From contig CALOCJ010000008.1 in NCBI GenBank assembly GCA_942491925.1, positions 91,006 to 155,005 of the forward strand: a stretch of DNA of 64,000 bases, read 5' to 3'. The first letter of the stretch is position 1; each line of letters opens with the position of its first letter. Shown in pieces: positions 9,355-21,069 of this stretch. Below the pieces are notes generated by a model, which was not told the origin of the DNA, ran no database searches, and saw only the letters and a program-made list of their open reading frames with translations. The translations under genes were made by a program, and so were the position numbers. Source of the stretch: Synechococcales cyanobacterium. GTDB lineage: Bacteria; Cyanobacteriota; Cyanobacteriia; PCC-6307; Cyanobiaceae.

Positions 9355-11433
9355 ATGACAACAGCATCGCTTCTCGGTTCCCCACCCATCCGTAAGGCGA
9401 CCTATCGACCGGAGATCGATGGCCTCAGGGCATTGGCTGTGGCTGCGGTGCTGATCAATCATCTTGATGAACACGCATTGCCCGGTGGCTACTTAGGAGT
9501 AGATATCTTTTTTGTGATTTCTGGGTATGTGGTGACAGCTTCTCTGCTGGCCAGGAAGGATGATGGTTGGCGTGATTTTTTGAGCCGCTTCTATCAACGT
9601 CGCTTTCGCCGACTGTTGCCAGCGCTGATTATCAATGTACTGGTTGTATCGATTGTATTCTCCGCTTTTGCTTCGCCACTGGATGATGTACGAGTTCCAT
9701 CGCTGCGAACGGGACTGACCTCTCTTTTTGGCTTCTCCAACATCTATTTATGGAAGCAAGGAACAGACTATTTTGCGGCCAATACTCAGTTCAATCCATT
9801 CACTCACACCTGGTCTCTGGGTGTAGAAGAGCAGTTTTATCTGCTCTGGCCGATTGTCTTGTTGGCCTGTGGAGTGGGGATTGTCGGTGCGCGACAAGCG
9901 GTGAAGAAACTCACCGTAATGAGTTTATTTCTGTTTACCGCTTCTTTGGCGTACTATCTTTATCTATCTTTTTCTGGCCACACAGAAGCGGCCTTCTTCC
10001 TGATGCCGGCACGGTTCTGGGAACTGTCGATCGGCTGTCTTGCCTTTATTTTTCACTCCAGAGTACTGAAAGGGGCTGCCATGCCTTCCCTCCGGGTGAG
10101 GGAGCTGGGGGGTGTCGTGGTGATGGTGGGGATCCTCATCGCCCTGTTTGCATCGCCCGATCTTCGCGTGAGAGCGACTCTCTGGGTCGCGTTGATGACG
10201 GCTGTTCAGTTGGTGTTGATTGATCGCAACTCCCAGATAGGGCGTATGCTTTCGCAGCCCTTCTGTCTGATGGTTGGGCTCATGTCTTATTCGCTGTATC
10301 TATGGCACTGGCCTGTGATTGTGTTGGCCCGCTGGACGTGGGGGATTACATGGCTGACGATGATCCCAATCCTGCTACTCATACTCATGCTATCCATCAT
10401 CTCCTACCGCATAGAGATTTATTTTCGTCAGCGACAGTCTGGGGCTTCAATCTTCTTGCATCCACTGCTTCTCTACCCTTCATTGTCGCTCCTGACGGGA
10501 GCTGTTGTCTTCATGTTGCAGGGTACTATGAAATGGATGCTGTTTGTTGGTGATCGCAGCGGCCAGCAAATGGACTCCGCAAATATGAAAAGAATATCCG
10601 GAACGACAGTAAATACAGTAAATTGCTTCAGGGAGCCAACAGCAAAGATCGATGCCGGCAATGTCTTTGAACAATGCCTGGCCGTATCTGATAAGCAATC
10701 CCCCACTTTATATTTCGTGGGAGACAGCCACACCAATTCGATCATGCCTCTGGGGGACAGGCTGTTTCAAGTTGACAACTACAGTGTGGCATTTTCTGCG
10801 CGGGGAGGATGCCCGTTCCCCGATTTTTCCCTTCCCGGTAAGCAGGGATCTGGTGATGGCCGCTACAGGCTTTGCGCCCCCCATTATCAATCACAGTTAA
10901 AACAGATCTATTCGATCATCAAGCCTGGAGATTTTCTTATACTTGTTTCCCGGTTGGTGGGCCACTTTTCCAGCCCGAATCCAGCTGAACTCAAGGCGGC
11001 GGAAGCTGCCTATGAAGAGCAGATAGGGCTTCTCTCCTCAGCCCTCCAGGATAAGGGAGCTCAGCTGATCATCTTTGCTCCTATGCCTAGCTTTTCAGAT
11101 CGAGCCAAACTTGTCTCCCCAATCACCACATGCAAGGCCGAATGGTATCGGCCCGAGGCTGGAATGCCTTCCGAATGCAAGCCCGCCACGGTGAACCGCA
11201 AGCAGTATCTGGCGTCGGTAGCCCGGATAGATACCATGTTGGAGCAAGTTCAATTGAAGCACCCAAATGTGTTTGTCTATCACCCGGTAGATGAAATATG
11301 TCCTGCCGAATTGGAACTATGCTCTACCCATCGCGGCACAGATATCCTGTTTTCTGATGATACTCACCTCACCAACTATGGTGCGCTCAGTCTCTATCCT
11401 TCCTTCAGGAGTTTTCTAAAGACGGTCCGTTGA
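9355..11433 (+). CDS. Acyltransferase-3 + SGNH domain O-acyltransferase, second paralog
   Basis: YRPEIDGLRALAV, GVDIFFVISG, HTWSLGVEEQFY, SYSLYLWHWP, GDSH and DDTH catalytic motifs. Confidence 0.93.
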   Translation: MTTASLLGSPPIRKATYRPEIDGLRALAVAAVLINHLDEHALPGGYLGVDIFFVISGYVVTASLLARKDDGWRDFLSRFYQRRFRRLLPALIINVLVVSIVFSAFASPLDDVRVPSLRTGLTSLFGFSNIYLWKQGTDYFAANTQFNPFTHTWSLGVEEQFYLLWPIVLLACGVGIVGARQAVKKLTVMSLFLFTASLAYYLYLSFSGHTEAAFFLMPARFWELSIGCLAFIFHSRVLKGAAMPSLRVRELGGVVVMVGILIALFASPDLRVRATLWVALMTAVQLVLIDRNSQIGRMLSQPFCLMVGLMSYSLYLWHWPVIVLARWTWGITWLTMIPILLLILMLSIISYRIEIYFRQRQSGASIFLHPLLLYPSLSLLTGAVVFMLQGTMKWMLFVGDRSGQQMDSANMKRISGTTVNTVNCFREPTAKIDAGNVFEQCLAVSDKQSPTLYFVGDSHTNSIMPLGDRLFQVDNYSVAFSARGGCPFPDFSLPGKQGSGDGRYRLCAPHYQSQLKQIYSIIKPGDFLILVSRLVGHFSSPNPAELKAAEAAYEEQIGLLSSALQDKGAQLIIFAPMPSFSDRAKLVSPITTCKAEWYRPEAGMPSECKPATVNRKQYLASVARIDTMLEQVQLKHPNVFVYHPVDEICPAELELCSTHRGTDILFSDDTHLTNYGALSLYPSFRSFLKTVR

Positions 11434-11656
11434 TCTCCTGGTCAATCATGGCGTCCAGGGTGACCGCCGATCGCACCAGGTCCTGATAGCGCTTCACCAC
11501 CCTTCGATTCCGATCCAGCCATCCGCCTGGATCCGCGCCGGGTCCACTGAAGGGACCACCCAGCAAGCCGGCTTCCCCATCCAGCAGCTCCGTCTCTCCC
11601 TGGGCGGCCAGCAAGGCCAGCACCAGTTCATGGATTCTCTGGCGACGATCGGCCAT
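11405..11656 (-). CDS. Conserved small hypothetical protein
   Basis: 83 aa, host-like composition, W..RNRRVV.RYQ.LVRSAVTLDA motif, divergent from cobL. Confidence 0.7.
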   Translation of the reverse strand: MADRRQRIHELVLALLAAQGETELLDGEAGLLGGPFSGPGADPGGWLDRNRRVVKRYQDLVRSAVTLDAMIDQEINGPSLENS

Positions 11657-11720
11657 GGCGTCGGGCAGGCAGGGGGCAGAATCCGTTCATCATGGCCAGC
11701 GGTGATTCAGAACCAACCAC

Positions 11721-11808
11721 GGCTCCCTTCGGACAGGCTCCCTACGGAGGCTTCCTACGGACAGGCTTCCTACGGAGCGGCTCCCTACGGACCGGATTCC
11801 TACGCCGT
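11721..11808 (+). repeat. Six-unit degenerate tandem repeat (15,13,15,15,15,15 bp)
   Basis: ggctcccttcggaca | ggctccctacgga | ggcttcctacggaca | ggcttcctacggagc | ggctccctacggacc | ggattcctacgccgt. Confidence 0.9.
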
Positions 11809-13090
11809 GGATGTGGTCGGTACGGATGCCGGTGGGATCGCCAACCTGTCCTTGCGCTGGCAGCGTTCCCTGCGGCAGGCCCAGCTCGTGGCGGCTCCCA
11901 GCCGTCTGCATGCCGACCTGAGCCGCTGGCTGGCCACACCTGCCACCAGTGGCAGCGGCCCACCTTCCGGGGAGAGGCCCCCGGACCTGATCAGCAGCGA
12001 CTCCCTGCCCGATCTGCTGGCCCGCCTGCAAAGGGCTCTGATCGATCGGCAACGGGTGGTGCTTCTGGCCAGCGGCGATCCGCTCTGGTACGGCATCGGC
12101 CGGTTTCTGCTGCACCATCTGCCCGCCGAGCGGCTGCGGTTCCATCCCTCCCCCACCTCCCTGCAGCTGGCCTTCGCCCGCATCGGCCGTCCGTGGCAGG
12201 ACGCCAGCTGGATCAGCCTGCATGGCCGGGATCCCGCGCCTCTGGCCGCCAGACTGCAACAGAGGCCCGCCGCCCTGGCGGTGCTCTGCGATCCCGGCCG
12301 CGGCGGCGCGGCAGAGGTCTGTGAGCTGCTGCGTGCCTCGGGGCTGGAGCCGGCCTACCGCCTCTGGCTCTGTGAACGGTTGGGACATCCCCTGGAACGG
12401 GTGAGGCTTCTGGCAGCGGGCGAACCTGTCCCGGCCGATCTGGACCCCCTGCACCTGGTCCTGCTGGTGGCCGAATCCCCGCCGCTGCCGGCATCCTCCA
12501 GCCTGCCCCTGTTCGGGATCGAGGACGGCCAGTGGCTCCAGCACGCCGATCGCCCCGGCCTGATGACAAAGCGGGACGTGCGGATCCAGCTGCTGGCGGA
12601 CCTGGAGCTCCCCGCCCGGGGGGTTCTCTGGGACATCGGGGCGGGGGTGGGATCGATCGGGCTGGAGGCACTGCGACTGAGGCCCGGGCTGGCCTTGTGG
12701 GCGCTGGAGCGACGGACCGGCGGAGCGGCCCTGATCCAGGCCAATGCGGACCGGTTCGGGGTTGCTCCGGCGGCCGTGCTGGAGGGGGAGGCTCCGGGTG
12801 CCTTTTCCACCTTTCCGGATCCCGATCGGGTGGTGATCGGCGGAGGTGGTCCTGGCCGGAAGGGGCTGCTGAGGGCGGTGCTGGAACGGTTGCGGCCCGG
12901 AGGGGTGGTGGTGGTGCCTCTGGCCACCCTGGAGGGTCTGGCGGAGCTGAGGCCCGTTCTGGCATCGGCCGGCCTCGAGGTCAGCGTCAGCCAGCACCAG
13001 ACCTGGCGCGGGGCGCCGCTGGCCGATGGCACCCGGCTGTCTCCCCTCAACCCCGTCCTGGTGGTGAAGGGGAAGAAACAGAGGCCATGA
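11807..13090 (+). CDS. cobL: Precorrin-6Y C5,15-methyltransferase (CbiE/CbiT fusion); start uncertain (11692, 11702 or 11807)
   Basis: LASGDPLWYGIG, SLHGR, ERLG, MTKRDVR, LWDIGAGVGSIG. Confidence 0.93.
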   Translation: MDVVGTDAGGIANLSLRWQRSLRQAQLVAAPSRLHADLSRWLATPATSGSGPPSGERPPDLISSDSLPDLLARLQRALIDRQRVVLLASGDPLWYGIGRFLLHHLPAERLRFHPSPTSLQLAFARIGRPWQDASWISLHGRDPAPLAARLQQRPAALAVLCDPGRGGAAEVCELLRASGLEPAYRLWLCERLGHPLERVRLLAAGEPVPADLDPLHLVLLVAESPPLPASSSLPLFGIEDGQWLQHADRPGLMTKRDVRIQLLADLELPARGVLWDIGAGVGSIGLEALRLRPGLALWALERRTGGAALIQANADRFGVAPAAVLEGEAPGAFSTFPDPDRVVIGGGGPGRKGLLRAVLERLRPGGVVVVPLATLEGLAELRPVLASAGLEVSVSQHQTWRGAPLADGTRLSPLNPVLVVKGKKQRP

Positions 13091-13103
13091 CGTCAGCCGA
13101 GGG

Positions 13104-13754
13104 TCACAGTCCTGGTGCGGCCCTGGCTGGCGGCGGGGTCGCAGCCGGCTGGCTCCCAGGGGATGGGATCGTCTCGATTCGTGCCGGACTGCCGATTCGT
13201 ATGCCCAGGACTTTCGCCTGTCCCGCACCCAGCTCCACCACGGCGTCGATCAGCTGCTCAGGTCCGTAACTGGGACAGGGCAGCGCCTGGCAAGGGGGGA
13301 CCTCCGCTTCGATGGCCACCACCTTCCCTTCCCGCAGGAAGATCATGTCGAGGGGCGCCAGGGTGCGATGCATCCAGAATCGGGTCCGCGTGGGGGTCTC
13401 AAAGTCGAACCACATCCCCCGCAGGGATGGCAAGGCCGGGCGAAGCTGCAGACCCCAGGTGAATTGTTGGGTGCCGCGGGGGGCTTCCAGCTGGATGCAC
13501 TCGCCGGCATCCGGCTGACCTCCTCCCCCTGCGGCCGCCCCATCGGAGCGGCTGGACTCCAGGCACCAGCGGGCCGTCACGGGCAGGTACTGGGGAGGTG
13601 GGCCGGTCTGGGGTTCGGCACTGGTGCTGGAGTCCTTGACGAGGGCACAACCCATCAGCAGGCCGAGGCTGAAACCCATCACCAGCCTGGAGATGGGCCG
13701 TGTGATCGGCCCCATGCCCAACGACGTCCCCCTGCCGTATGGATGGTGGTTCAC
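13104..13754 (-). CDS. DUF192 family protein, probable lipoprotein
   Basis: RGMWF.F, FWMHRT.APLDMIF, PC.ALPCPSY, VVELGAG; LLMGC lipobox-like. Confidence 0.85.
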   Translation of the reverse strand: MNHHPYGRGTSLGMGPITRPISRLVMGFSLGLLMGCALVKDSSTSAEPQTGPPPQYLPVTARWCLESSRSDGAAAGGGGQPDAGECIQLEAPRGTQQFTWGLQLRPALPSLRGMWFDFETPTRTRFWMHRTLAPLDMIFLREGKVVAIEAEVPPCQALPCPSYGPEQLIDAVVELGAGQAKVLGIRIGSPARIETIPSPGSQPAATPPPARAAPGL

Positions 13755-14470
13755 GGATTCAGCCCCTCCGGTCCGCTGGTTGCGGCGGGGGCACTGAGGC
13801 GATAGCCACGGCTCCGCACCGTGTGGATCAGACGGCTTTCTCCCGTGGCTTCCAGTTTGCGGCGCAGGTAGCGGACGTAGACCTCGATCACATTGCTGGA
13901 GGAGGGGTTCTGATCGTCCCAGATTTCGTTCAGGATTCTCTCCCGACTCACCACTTCATCCCGGTGCCTGAGCAGCAGCAACAGCAGTTGATATTCCCGG
14001 GGCGTCAGGGAGATCTGCCGGGCCCCTCGCCACACCTCCCCAGACTCCTGATCCACCCTCAGATCCCCCAACCGTAGGGGTGATGGCCTGGCAGGGCTGG
14101 GTTCGGGAGCGGGGGATACGGTCTGGCGTTGCAGGTGCATCCGCAATCGGGTGAGCAGGTCGCTGGGGCCCAGGCTGGTGAGCCAGAAGTCGTCGGCCCC
14201 GCTGGCCAGACAGTGGGAACGCCCCGCCACGTCGTCTGTGTCCACACCGAGCAACAGAGGAACGCCGGTCCACTGCGTGCGCAGTGCCGGAATCCTGGCT
14301 TCGTACCCAGGCGAGAGGATCACCGCAGCCGGAGCTGGGGCTGACCCGATCGCCGGCGGGGGGCTCCCCTCCACGATGCCCCGATAGCCGGAAAGCTCCA
14401 GTCGGGGAGCCAGGCCCTCCGCCTCGGCTCCCAGCAACAGCACACGGGCGCAGGGGCGCGGTTGGTTCAT
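13751..14470 (-). CDS. nblR: NblR-like OmpR-family response regulator with degenerate receiver
   Basis: C-terminal [33 protein letters not shown]; acidic pocket not conserved; ATGA overlap with the NAD kinase stop. Confidence 0.8.
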   Translation of the reverse strand: MNQPRPCARVLLLGAEAEGLAPRLELSGYRGIVEGSPPPAIGSAPAPAAVILSPGYEARIPALRTQWTGVPLLLGVDTDDVAGRSHCLASGADDFWLTSLGPSDLLTRLRMHLQRQTVSPAPEPSPARPSPLRLGDLRVDQESGEVWRGARQISLTPREYQLLLLLLRHRDEVVSRERILNEIWDDQNPSSSNVIEVYVRYLRRKLEATGESRLIHTVRSRGYRLSAPAATSGPEGLNP

Positions 14471-15420
14471 GGCCGCGGATCTCCCAGCCACAGGTCGTTG
14501 GCGGGTTTCGCCACATGGGGCAATCCCCAGCCCAGCTTGTTGCGCAGAATCTGGAAGAATTCGTGATCAGCGAGTCTCACGAACCGGGCAGGATGTTCAC
14601 TGCGACGGATCAGGACGCGGTCTTCCGGCCACACATAACAACCGGCGCTCCCATCCACCACCATCATCAATCGTTCAGGGGTGGCTGGAAACACGGTCAC
14701 GGGTTCGCGGTCACTGAAGACAAGGGCCCTGGAAGCCAGAGAGTGGGCTGCGATCGGCGTCAGCTGCAGCACAGGACAATCCGGGGTGATCACCGGCCCC
14801 CCCGCACTCAGGGCATAGGCGGTGGAACCGGTGGGAGAGGAAAGAATCACCCCGTCGGCGGCGATGTCCACAGGGGCATGGCGGCCGATGGCAATCTCGA
14901 AGTGGCACATGCTGGTGAGTGGTTCCCTGTGCAGAGCCATCTCATTGAGGCAGAGCACTTCCCAGCGTCGTTGGTCACCACGCAGCACACTGACCACCAG
15001 CATGGTCCGTTCCTCCACGCTCCAATCCCCCGCCACCACCTGTTCCAGGACCCGTTGGAGATCCTTCAGGTAGGCCTCGGCCAGAAATCCCAGATGGCCG
15101 GTGTTGATGGTGAGGATCGGCACCCCGATCGGTGCGGTCTGGCGGGCGGCGGATAACACCGTCCCATCACCGCCGAGCACCAGCGCCAGGGAGAGATCGC
15201 CATCAAAATTCTTTGGCACGCAGGCGCTGTAGCCCATGGCGCGCAGGTGCTGGTCGGGGTTGGCGAAACCCACCACGCCTCCTGAACTGCTGACTCTGAC
15301 CACCTCCAGCCCAGAGGAGCTGAGATTGGCTTCAATGGAATCAGCCGTGGCCAGGGCCAGGTCCTTGGCGTCATTGACGATCAGTCCGACCCGGGGCACC
15401 GATCGCAGGCGGTTGAACAC
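14467..15420 (-). CDS. nadK: NAD(+) kinase
   Basis: [38 protein letters not shown]; start GTG 15420 or 15399. Confidence 0.96.
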   Translation of the reverse strand: MFNRLRSVPRVGLIVNDAKDLALATADSIEANLSSSGLEVVRVSSSGGVVGFANPDQHLRAMGYSACVPKNFDGDLSLALVLGGDGTVLSAARQTAPIGVPILTINTGHLGFLAEAYLKDLQRVLEQVVAGDWSVEERTMLVVSVLRGDQRRWEVLCLNEMALHREPLTSMCHFEIAIGRHAPVDIAADGVILSSPTGSTAYALSAGGPVITPDCPVLQLTPIAAHSLASRALVFSDREPVTVFPATPERLMMVVDGSAGCYVWPEDRVLIRRSEHPARFVRLADHEFFQILRNKLGWGLPHVAKPANDLWLGDPRP

Positions 15421-15441
15421 TTTCAGCTTAGGGGCGTGCGG

Positions 15442-15612
15442 TCGTTACCCCTTCTTGCGCCTGACCGGGGGGACGGGGCTATGTATCGATGGAGCCAGGC
15501 AATCCCGGGATCTCGTGGCAATCGGGCTGCTGCGCTCCCATGGATCGCCCGGCCGATGCCTGCGGGAAGGTCGCAGCGATCAAAGGGATGAGGCGGAAGA
15601 CCGGGGTAACGA
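15442..15612. ncRNA. Candidate structured RNA / leader between pheS and nadK
   Basis: Terminal stem tcgttacccc(15442-15451)/ggggtaacga(15603-15612) extended by tctt/aaga and cgcct/aggcg, plus two internal hairpins. Confidence 0.45.
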
Positions 15613-15715
15613 AAGCATTGCATTATCACCATTCTGAGTGGAATCAATATCCATCATTCTCACCACAATTGATGATCTTTGATCGTGAACTCTGAGTTGC
15701 AGGATTCTGGAATAT

Positions 15716-16723
15716 TCAGAATTGCTCCAGAAAACGCAGATCACTTGCGAACAATCGGCGGATGTCGTCGATGCCATGGCGCACCATGCAGAAGCGTTCC
15801 ACCCCCAGGCCGGCCGCAAAACCGCTCCAGCGTTCCGGGTCCAGGCCCAGACCCTCGAGCACGGCCGGATCGACCATGCCGCAGCCCATCACCTCCAGCC
15901 AGCGGCCGCGCCACTGCACGTCCACCTCGGCGGAGGGTTCGGTGAAGGGGAAATAGCTGGCGCGAAAGCGAACGGGTAAGTCTCCGAAGAAGGCCTGCAG
16001 AAACGCGGTGACGGTGCCCCGCAGATGGGTGAAATCAAGGCCCTCGTCCAGGGCGAGCACCTCCACCTGATGGAACACGGGGGAATGGGTGGCGTCGACC
16101 GCATCGCGGCGGTAGACCCGCCCGGGGGCCACGATCCGCACCGGCGGAGGATTGGCTTCGAGGTGGCGGATCTGCACCGGGGATGTGTGGGTGCGAAGCA
16201 ACCGGTCCCCTCCCAGGTAGAAGGTGTCCTGCATGTCCCGGGCGGGGTGATGTTCGGGAATGTTGAGGGCACTGAAGTTGTAATGGTCGGTTTCGATCTC
16301 CGGCCCCTCCGATACCCGGTAACCGAGTCCCGCGAAGATGTCCAGGATTTCCTCCACGGTGCTGATCAGCGGGTGACGATGCCCGGATGGCACGAAGCGG
16401 CAGGGAGCCGTCACGTCCAGCCGTTCCCGCTCCAGCCGTTCAGCCATGGCGGCGGAGCGCATGGTGGTCCGTCGTTCCGCCAGCAAGCTCTGCAGTTGAT
16501 CCTTGAGATCATTGGCCCGTTGACCCACAAGCGGCCTTTCCTCCGCCGCCAACCGCCCCATCGAACCGAGCACCGTCGAAAGCCGGCCTTTCTTGCCCAG
16601 TAGTTCCAGGCGCAGTTTCTCCAGCTCCATGTCTGAACCGGCGGCAGCGATGGCGGCGGCCGCCTCCAGCTCCAGGCTGTCCAGTTGGTCGGTGAGCTGC
16701 TGAAGTTGGCTGGCGACGCTCAC
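15716..16723 (-). CDS. pheS: Phenylalanine-tRNA ligase alpha subunit
   Basis: [36 protein letters not shown]. Confidence 0.98.
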   Translation of the reverse strand: MSVASQLQQLTDQLDSLELEAAAAIAAAGSDMELEKLRLELLGKKGRLSTVLGSMGRLAAEERPLVGQRANDLKDQLQSLLAERRTTMRSAAMAERLERERLDVTAPCRFVPSGHRHPLISTVEEILDIFAGLGYRVSEGPEIETDHYNFSALNIPEHHPARDMQDTFYLGGDRLLRTHTSPVQIRHLEANPPPVRIVAPGRVYRRDAVDATHSPVFHQVEVLALDEGLDFTHLRGTVTAFLQAFFGDLPVRFRASYFPFTEPSAEVDVQWRGRWLEVMGCGMVDPAVLEGLGLDPERWSGFAAGLGVERFCMVRHGIDDIRRLFASDLRFLEQF

Positions 16724-16810
16724 GGCGTGGGGACCCTGGATACGGAAGGAGGTGGAGACTGTAAGCAGCCGCTACGTTGCCGGAAGATCAGCCCCCGCCT
16801 CGCCCAGCCC

Positions 16811-17641
16811 ATGCCCTCACTCCGGATCCTGCTCAGTAACGACGATGGAGTGTTTGCCGATGGTCTGCAGGCCCTCGCGGCGGAGGCGGTGGGCCGTGGC
16901 CACCGGGTCACGGTGGTATGTCCGGATCAGGAGCGCTCCGCCACCGGTCACGGCCTCACCCTCCAGACACCCATTCGGGCCGAACGGGCGGACCAGCTCT
17001 TCGCCGAGGGCGTCCAGGCCTGGGCCTGCAGCGGCACTCCGGCCGACTGCGTCAAGCTGGCTCTGTTCCGGCTGCTGGACGAGCCCCCTGATCTGGTGCT
17101 CTCCGGCATCAACCATGGCCCCAACCTGGGTACCGATGTGCTGTATTCCGGCACGGTCTCCGCCGCCATGGAGGGCACGATCGAAGGGCTCCCGGCCATG
17201 GCCGTCAGCAGCGCCGATTTCCGCTGGCGCCATTTCCAGCCCGCGGCCCGCCGGGCCCTGGCTGTGGCCGAAGCCATGTGGCAGAGCGGCTGGCCCGAAG
17301 GCATGCTGCTCAATCTCAACGTGCCACCCCTGCCGGAAGAGTCGATCGGTCCGCTGCGCTGGTGCCGTCCCGCGGTCCGGCGCTACATCGACCAGTTCGA
17401 CCGACGGGTCGACCCCCGCGGCCGCACCTACTACTGGCTGGCGGGGGAGGTGACCAACGATCTGGAATCCGCCGCCTCGGGCCCCCCCTCCTGGCCCACC
17501 GACGTCGCCTGGATCGCCGATGGAGGCGTTGCCCTCTCTCCTCTGCAGCCGGAGTTGTTCTGGCGCGGCGCTTCGGACACCCTTCCGGGAGCAGACCGCC
17601 TGTTGCCCCCCGGCCTGAGGTCGTCTCAGGCGCGCCTGTAG
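16811..17641 (+). CDS. surE: 5'/3'-nucleotidase SurE
   Basis: [37 protein letters not shown]. Confidence 0.97.
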   Translation: MPSLRILLSNDDGVFADGLQALAAEAVGRGHRVTVVCPDQERSATGHGLTLQTPIRAERADQLFAEGVQAWACSGTPADCVKLALFRLLDEPPDLVLSGINHGPNLGTDVLYSGTVSAAMEGTIEGLPAMAVSSADFRWRHFQPAARRALAVAEAMWQSGWPEGMLLNLNVPPLPEESIGPLRWCRPAVRRYIDQFDRRVDPRGRTYYWLAGEVTNDLESAASGPPSWPTDVAWIADGGVALSPLQPELFWRGASDTLPGADRLLPPGLRSSQARL

Positions 17642-18201
17642 ACCCGTTGCAGCAACCAGAGGCTCACCACCAGCCCGATCAGGTGGGCGAACAGCACCTG
17701 GGTGTTGCTCAGCACGGACAGCATCTCGATCGACGTGATCGGGTAGGTGCTGACCGGACCCCGGGCCCCCTGCACGGCCATGGGACCGAACAGGCCAGGG
17801 GCCTGCATGGAGGCCTGCATGAACAGGCTGCCGGCCAGGGCCTGGTAGCCCACGGCCGCCAGGATCAGCCCCAGCATGTCGGCCAGCAGACCCCGTTTGA
17901 TCAGCCGGCCGGTTTCTGCCTTGCTGGGTCGCACCGGACTGTCGAGGGCGCGACCGCAGCGCACCACCAACCAGGCCTGCCAGAGACTCCACAACAGAAT
18001 GAAAAACGACAGGGTGGTCAGCGACAGACCAGGGCCCAGCCCCAGAGCCCGCTGGGCGTTTGCCGCCACCCGCCCGCCGATGTTGTTGAACAGCAACACC
18101 ACCACCACGACGATGCCAAGAGCCACCTGGGCCCAGAACCGCACCCAGGCCACACGACGCAGGGCAAAGGACATGCGCTGCAGATCAACTTGGTCGGCCA
18201 T
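17626..18201 (-). CDS. DUF3611 family membrane protein
   Basis: [12 protein letters not shown], several TM segments, [11 protein letters not shown]; typical surE/ribF neighbour. Confidence 0.8.
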   Translation of the reverse strand: MADQVDLQRMSFALRRVAWVRFWAQVALGIVVVVVLLFNNIGGRVAANAQRALGLGPGLSLTTLSFFILLWSLWQAWLVVRCGRALDSPVRPSKAETGRLIKRGLLADMLGLILAAVGYQALAGSLFMQASMQAPGLFGPMAVQGARGPVSTYPITSIEMLSVLSNTQVLFAHLIGLVVSLWLLQRVYRRA

Positions 18202-18293
18202 GGCGTCCCTGCCTTTCCCCCAAACTTGCCATGGGAGGATCGCGCCGGCGAGAGCGTTTCTCCCGAGCAAGCCCTGAACGCTCTGATGGCCTG

Positions 18294-19235
18294 GTGATTC
18301 CGCTTCACACTCCCGGCCAGGCCATGCGTCCCACCGCGATCGCTCTGGGCAGCTTCGACGGTCTGCATCAGGGCCACCGCCGCGTGATCGCGGCCATCAC
18401 CGAGCGGGATGGACCCAGGGCTGGAGATCTGGATCCCGTTCCCACGGTGGTGAGTTTCTGGCCCCACCCCAGGGAGGTGTTGTACGGGGAGGTGCGGTTA
18501 CGCCTGGATCTTCCGGTGGAGAAGCTGGCCCTGCTCGAACCGATGGGCATCCGTCAGTTGGTGCTGGTGCCTTTCGATCGGGCCCTGGCTGCCCTCAGCC
18601 CGGAGGACTTTGTCGAACAGGTGCTGGTCCGCCAGCTGGGAGTCCAACGCATTGCCGTAGGGGACAACTTCCGTTTCGGAGCGGACCGCCGCGGCGATGC
18701 CCACGATTTGGTCAGAATTGCCGCCGGGCACGGGATTGAGGTGGCGGTGCTGCCCATGCTCTGGGACGGGACCGAACGGGTCAGCAGCAGCCGCATCCGT
18801 CGTGCTCTCGCGGCGGGACGAATCGGCGAGGCTGATCGCCTCCTGGAGCGCCCCTATCGATTCACCGGTCGGGTGGTGCGGGGCCGGGGGATGGGTCGTG
18901 AGCTGGGGTGGCCCACGGCGAATCTGGAGGTGGAAGGCCGCAAGTTCCTGCCGAAGGAAGGGGTCTACGCGGCCAGGGCCTGGGCCGGGGGGACCGATGG
19001 GGAGCCCCTGGCGGCGGTGATGAATCTGGGCCCCCAACCCACCATGGGTCCCATCAGCACCTCCGCCGTGGAGGTGCACCTGCTGGATCGCCAGATCAAT
19101 CTGTACGGATCTGAACTCACCATCGAACCGGTGGTGTTTCTGCGCGGGCAGAGGAAATTCGATGGCCTCGAGGCGCTCAGTGCCCAGATCGGTCAGGACG
19201 CCGACCAGGCCAGAGACCTGCTGATGGGCAGGTAG
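18294..19235 (+). CDS. ribF: Bifunctional riboflavin kinase/FAD synthetase
   Basis: GSFDGLHQGH, VSSSRIR, GRELGWPTAN, EVHLL. Confidence 0.96.
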   Translation: MIPLHTPGQAMRPTAIALGSFDGLHQGHRRVIAAITERDGPRAGDLDPVPTVVSFWPHPREVLYGEVRLRLDLPVEKLALLEPMGIRQLVLVPFDRALAALSPEDFVEQVLVRQLGVQRIAVGDNFRFGADRRGDAHDLVRIAAGHGIEVAVLPMLWDGTERVSSSRIRRALAAGRIGEADRLLERPYRFTGRVVRGRGMGRELGWPTANLEVEGRKFLPKEGVYAARAWAGGTDGEPLAAVMNLGPQPTMGPISTSAVEVHLLDRQINLYGSELTIEPVVFLRGQRKFDGLEALSAQIGQDADQARDLLMGR

Positions 19236-19249
19236 AGCTGCGGCGATCG

Positions 19250-21055
<1,806 letters not shown>

Positions 21056-21069
21056 GCGACACCACCAGA

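Noticed and set aside
11721-11808. Possible CRISPR array
   Set aside because: Contiguous 13-15 bp degenerate units with no spacers and no cas genes
13751-14470. Response regulator lacking the phosphoacceptor pocket
   Set aside because: Consistent with the known atypical NblR-type receiver; not novel
15560-15606. Resemblance of gggaagg..gcagc to the SRP RNA loop and of aggcggaagaccgg to a cobalamin riboswitch B12 box
   Set aside because: The SRP CAGG/AGCAG internal loop and the 5' riboswitch motifs are missing, and there is no downstream gene on that strand
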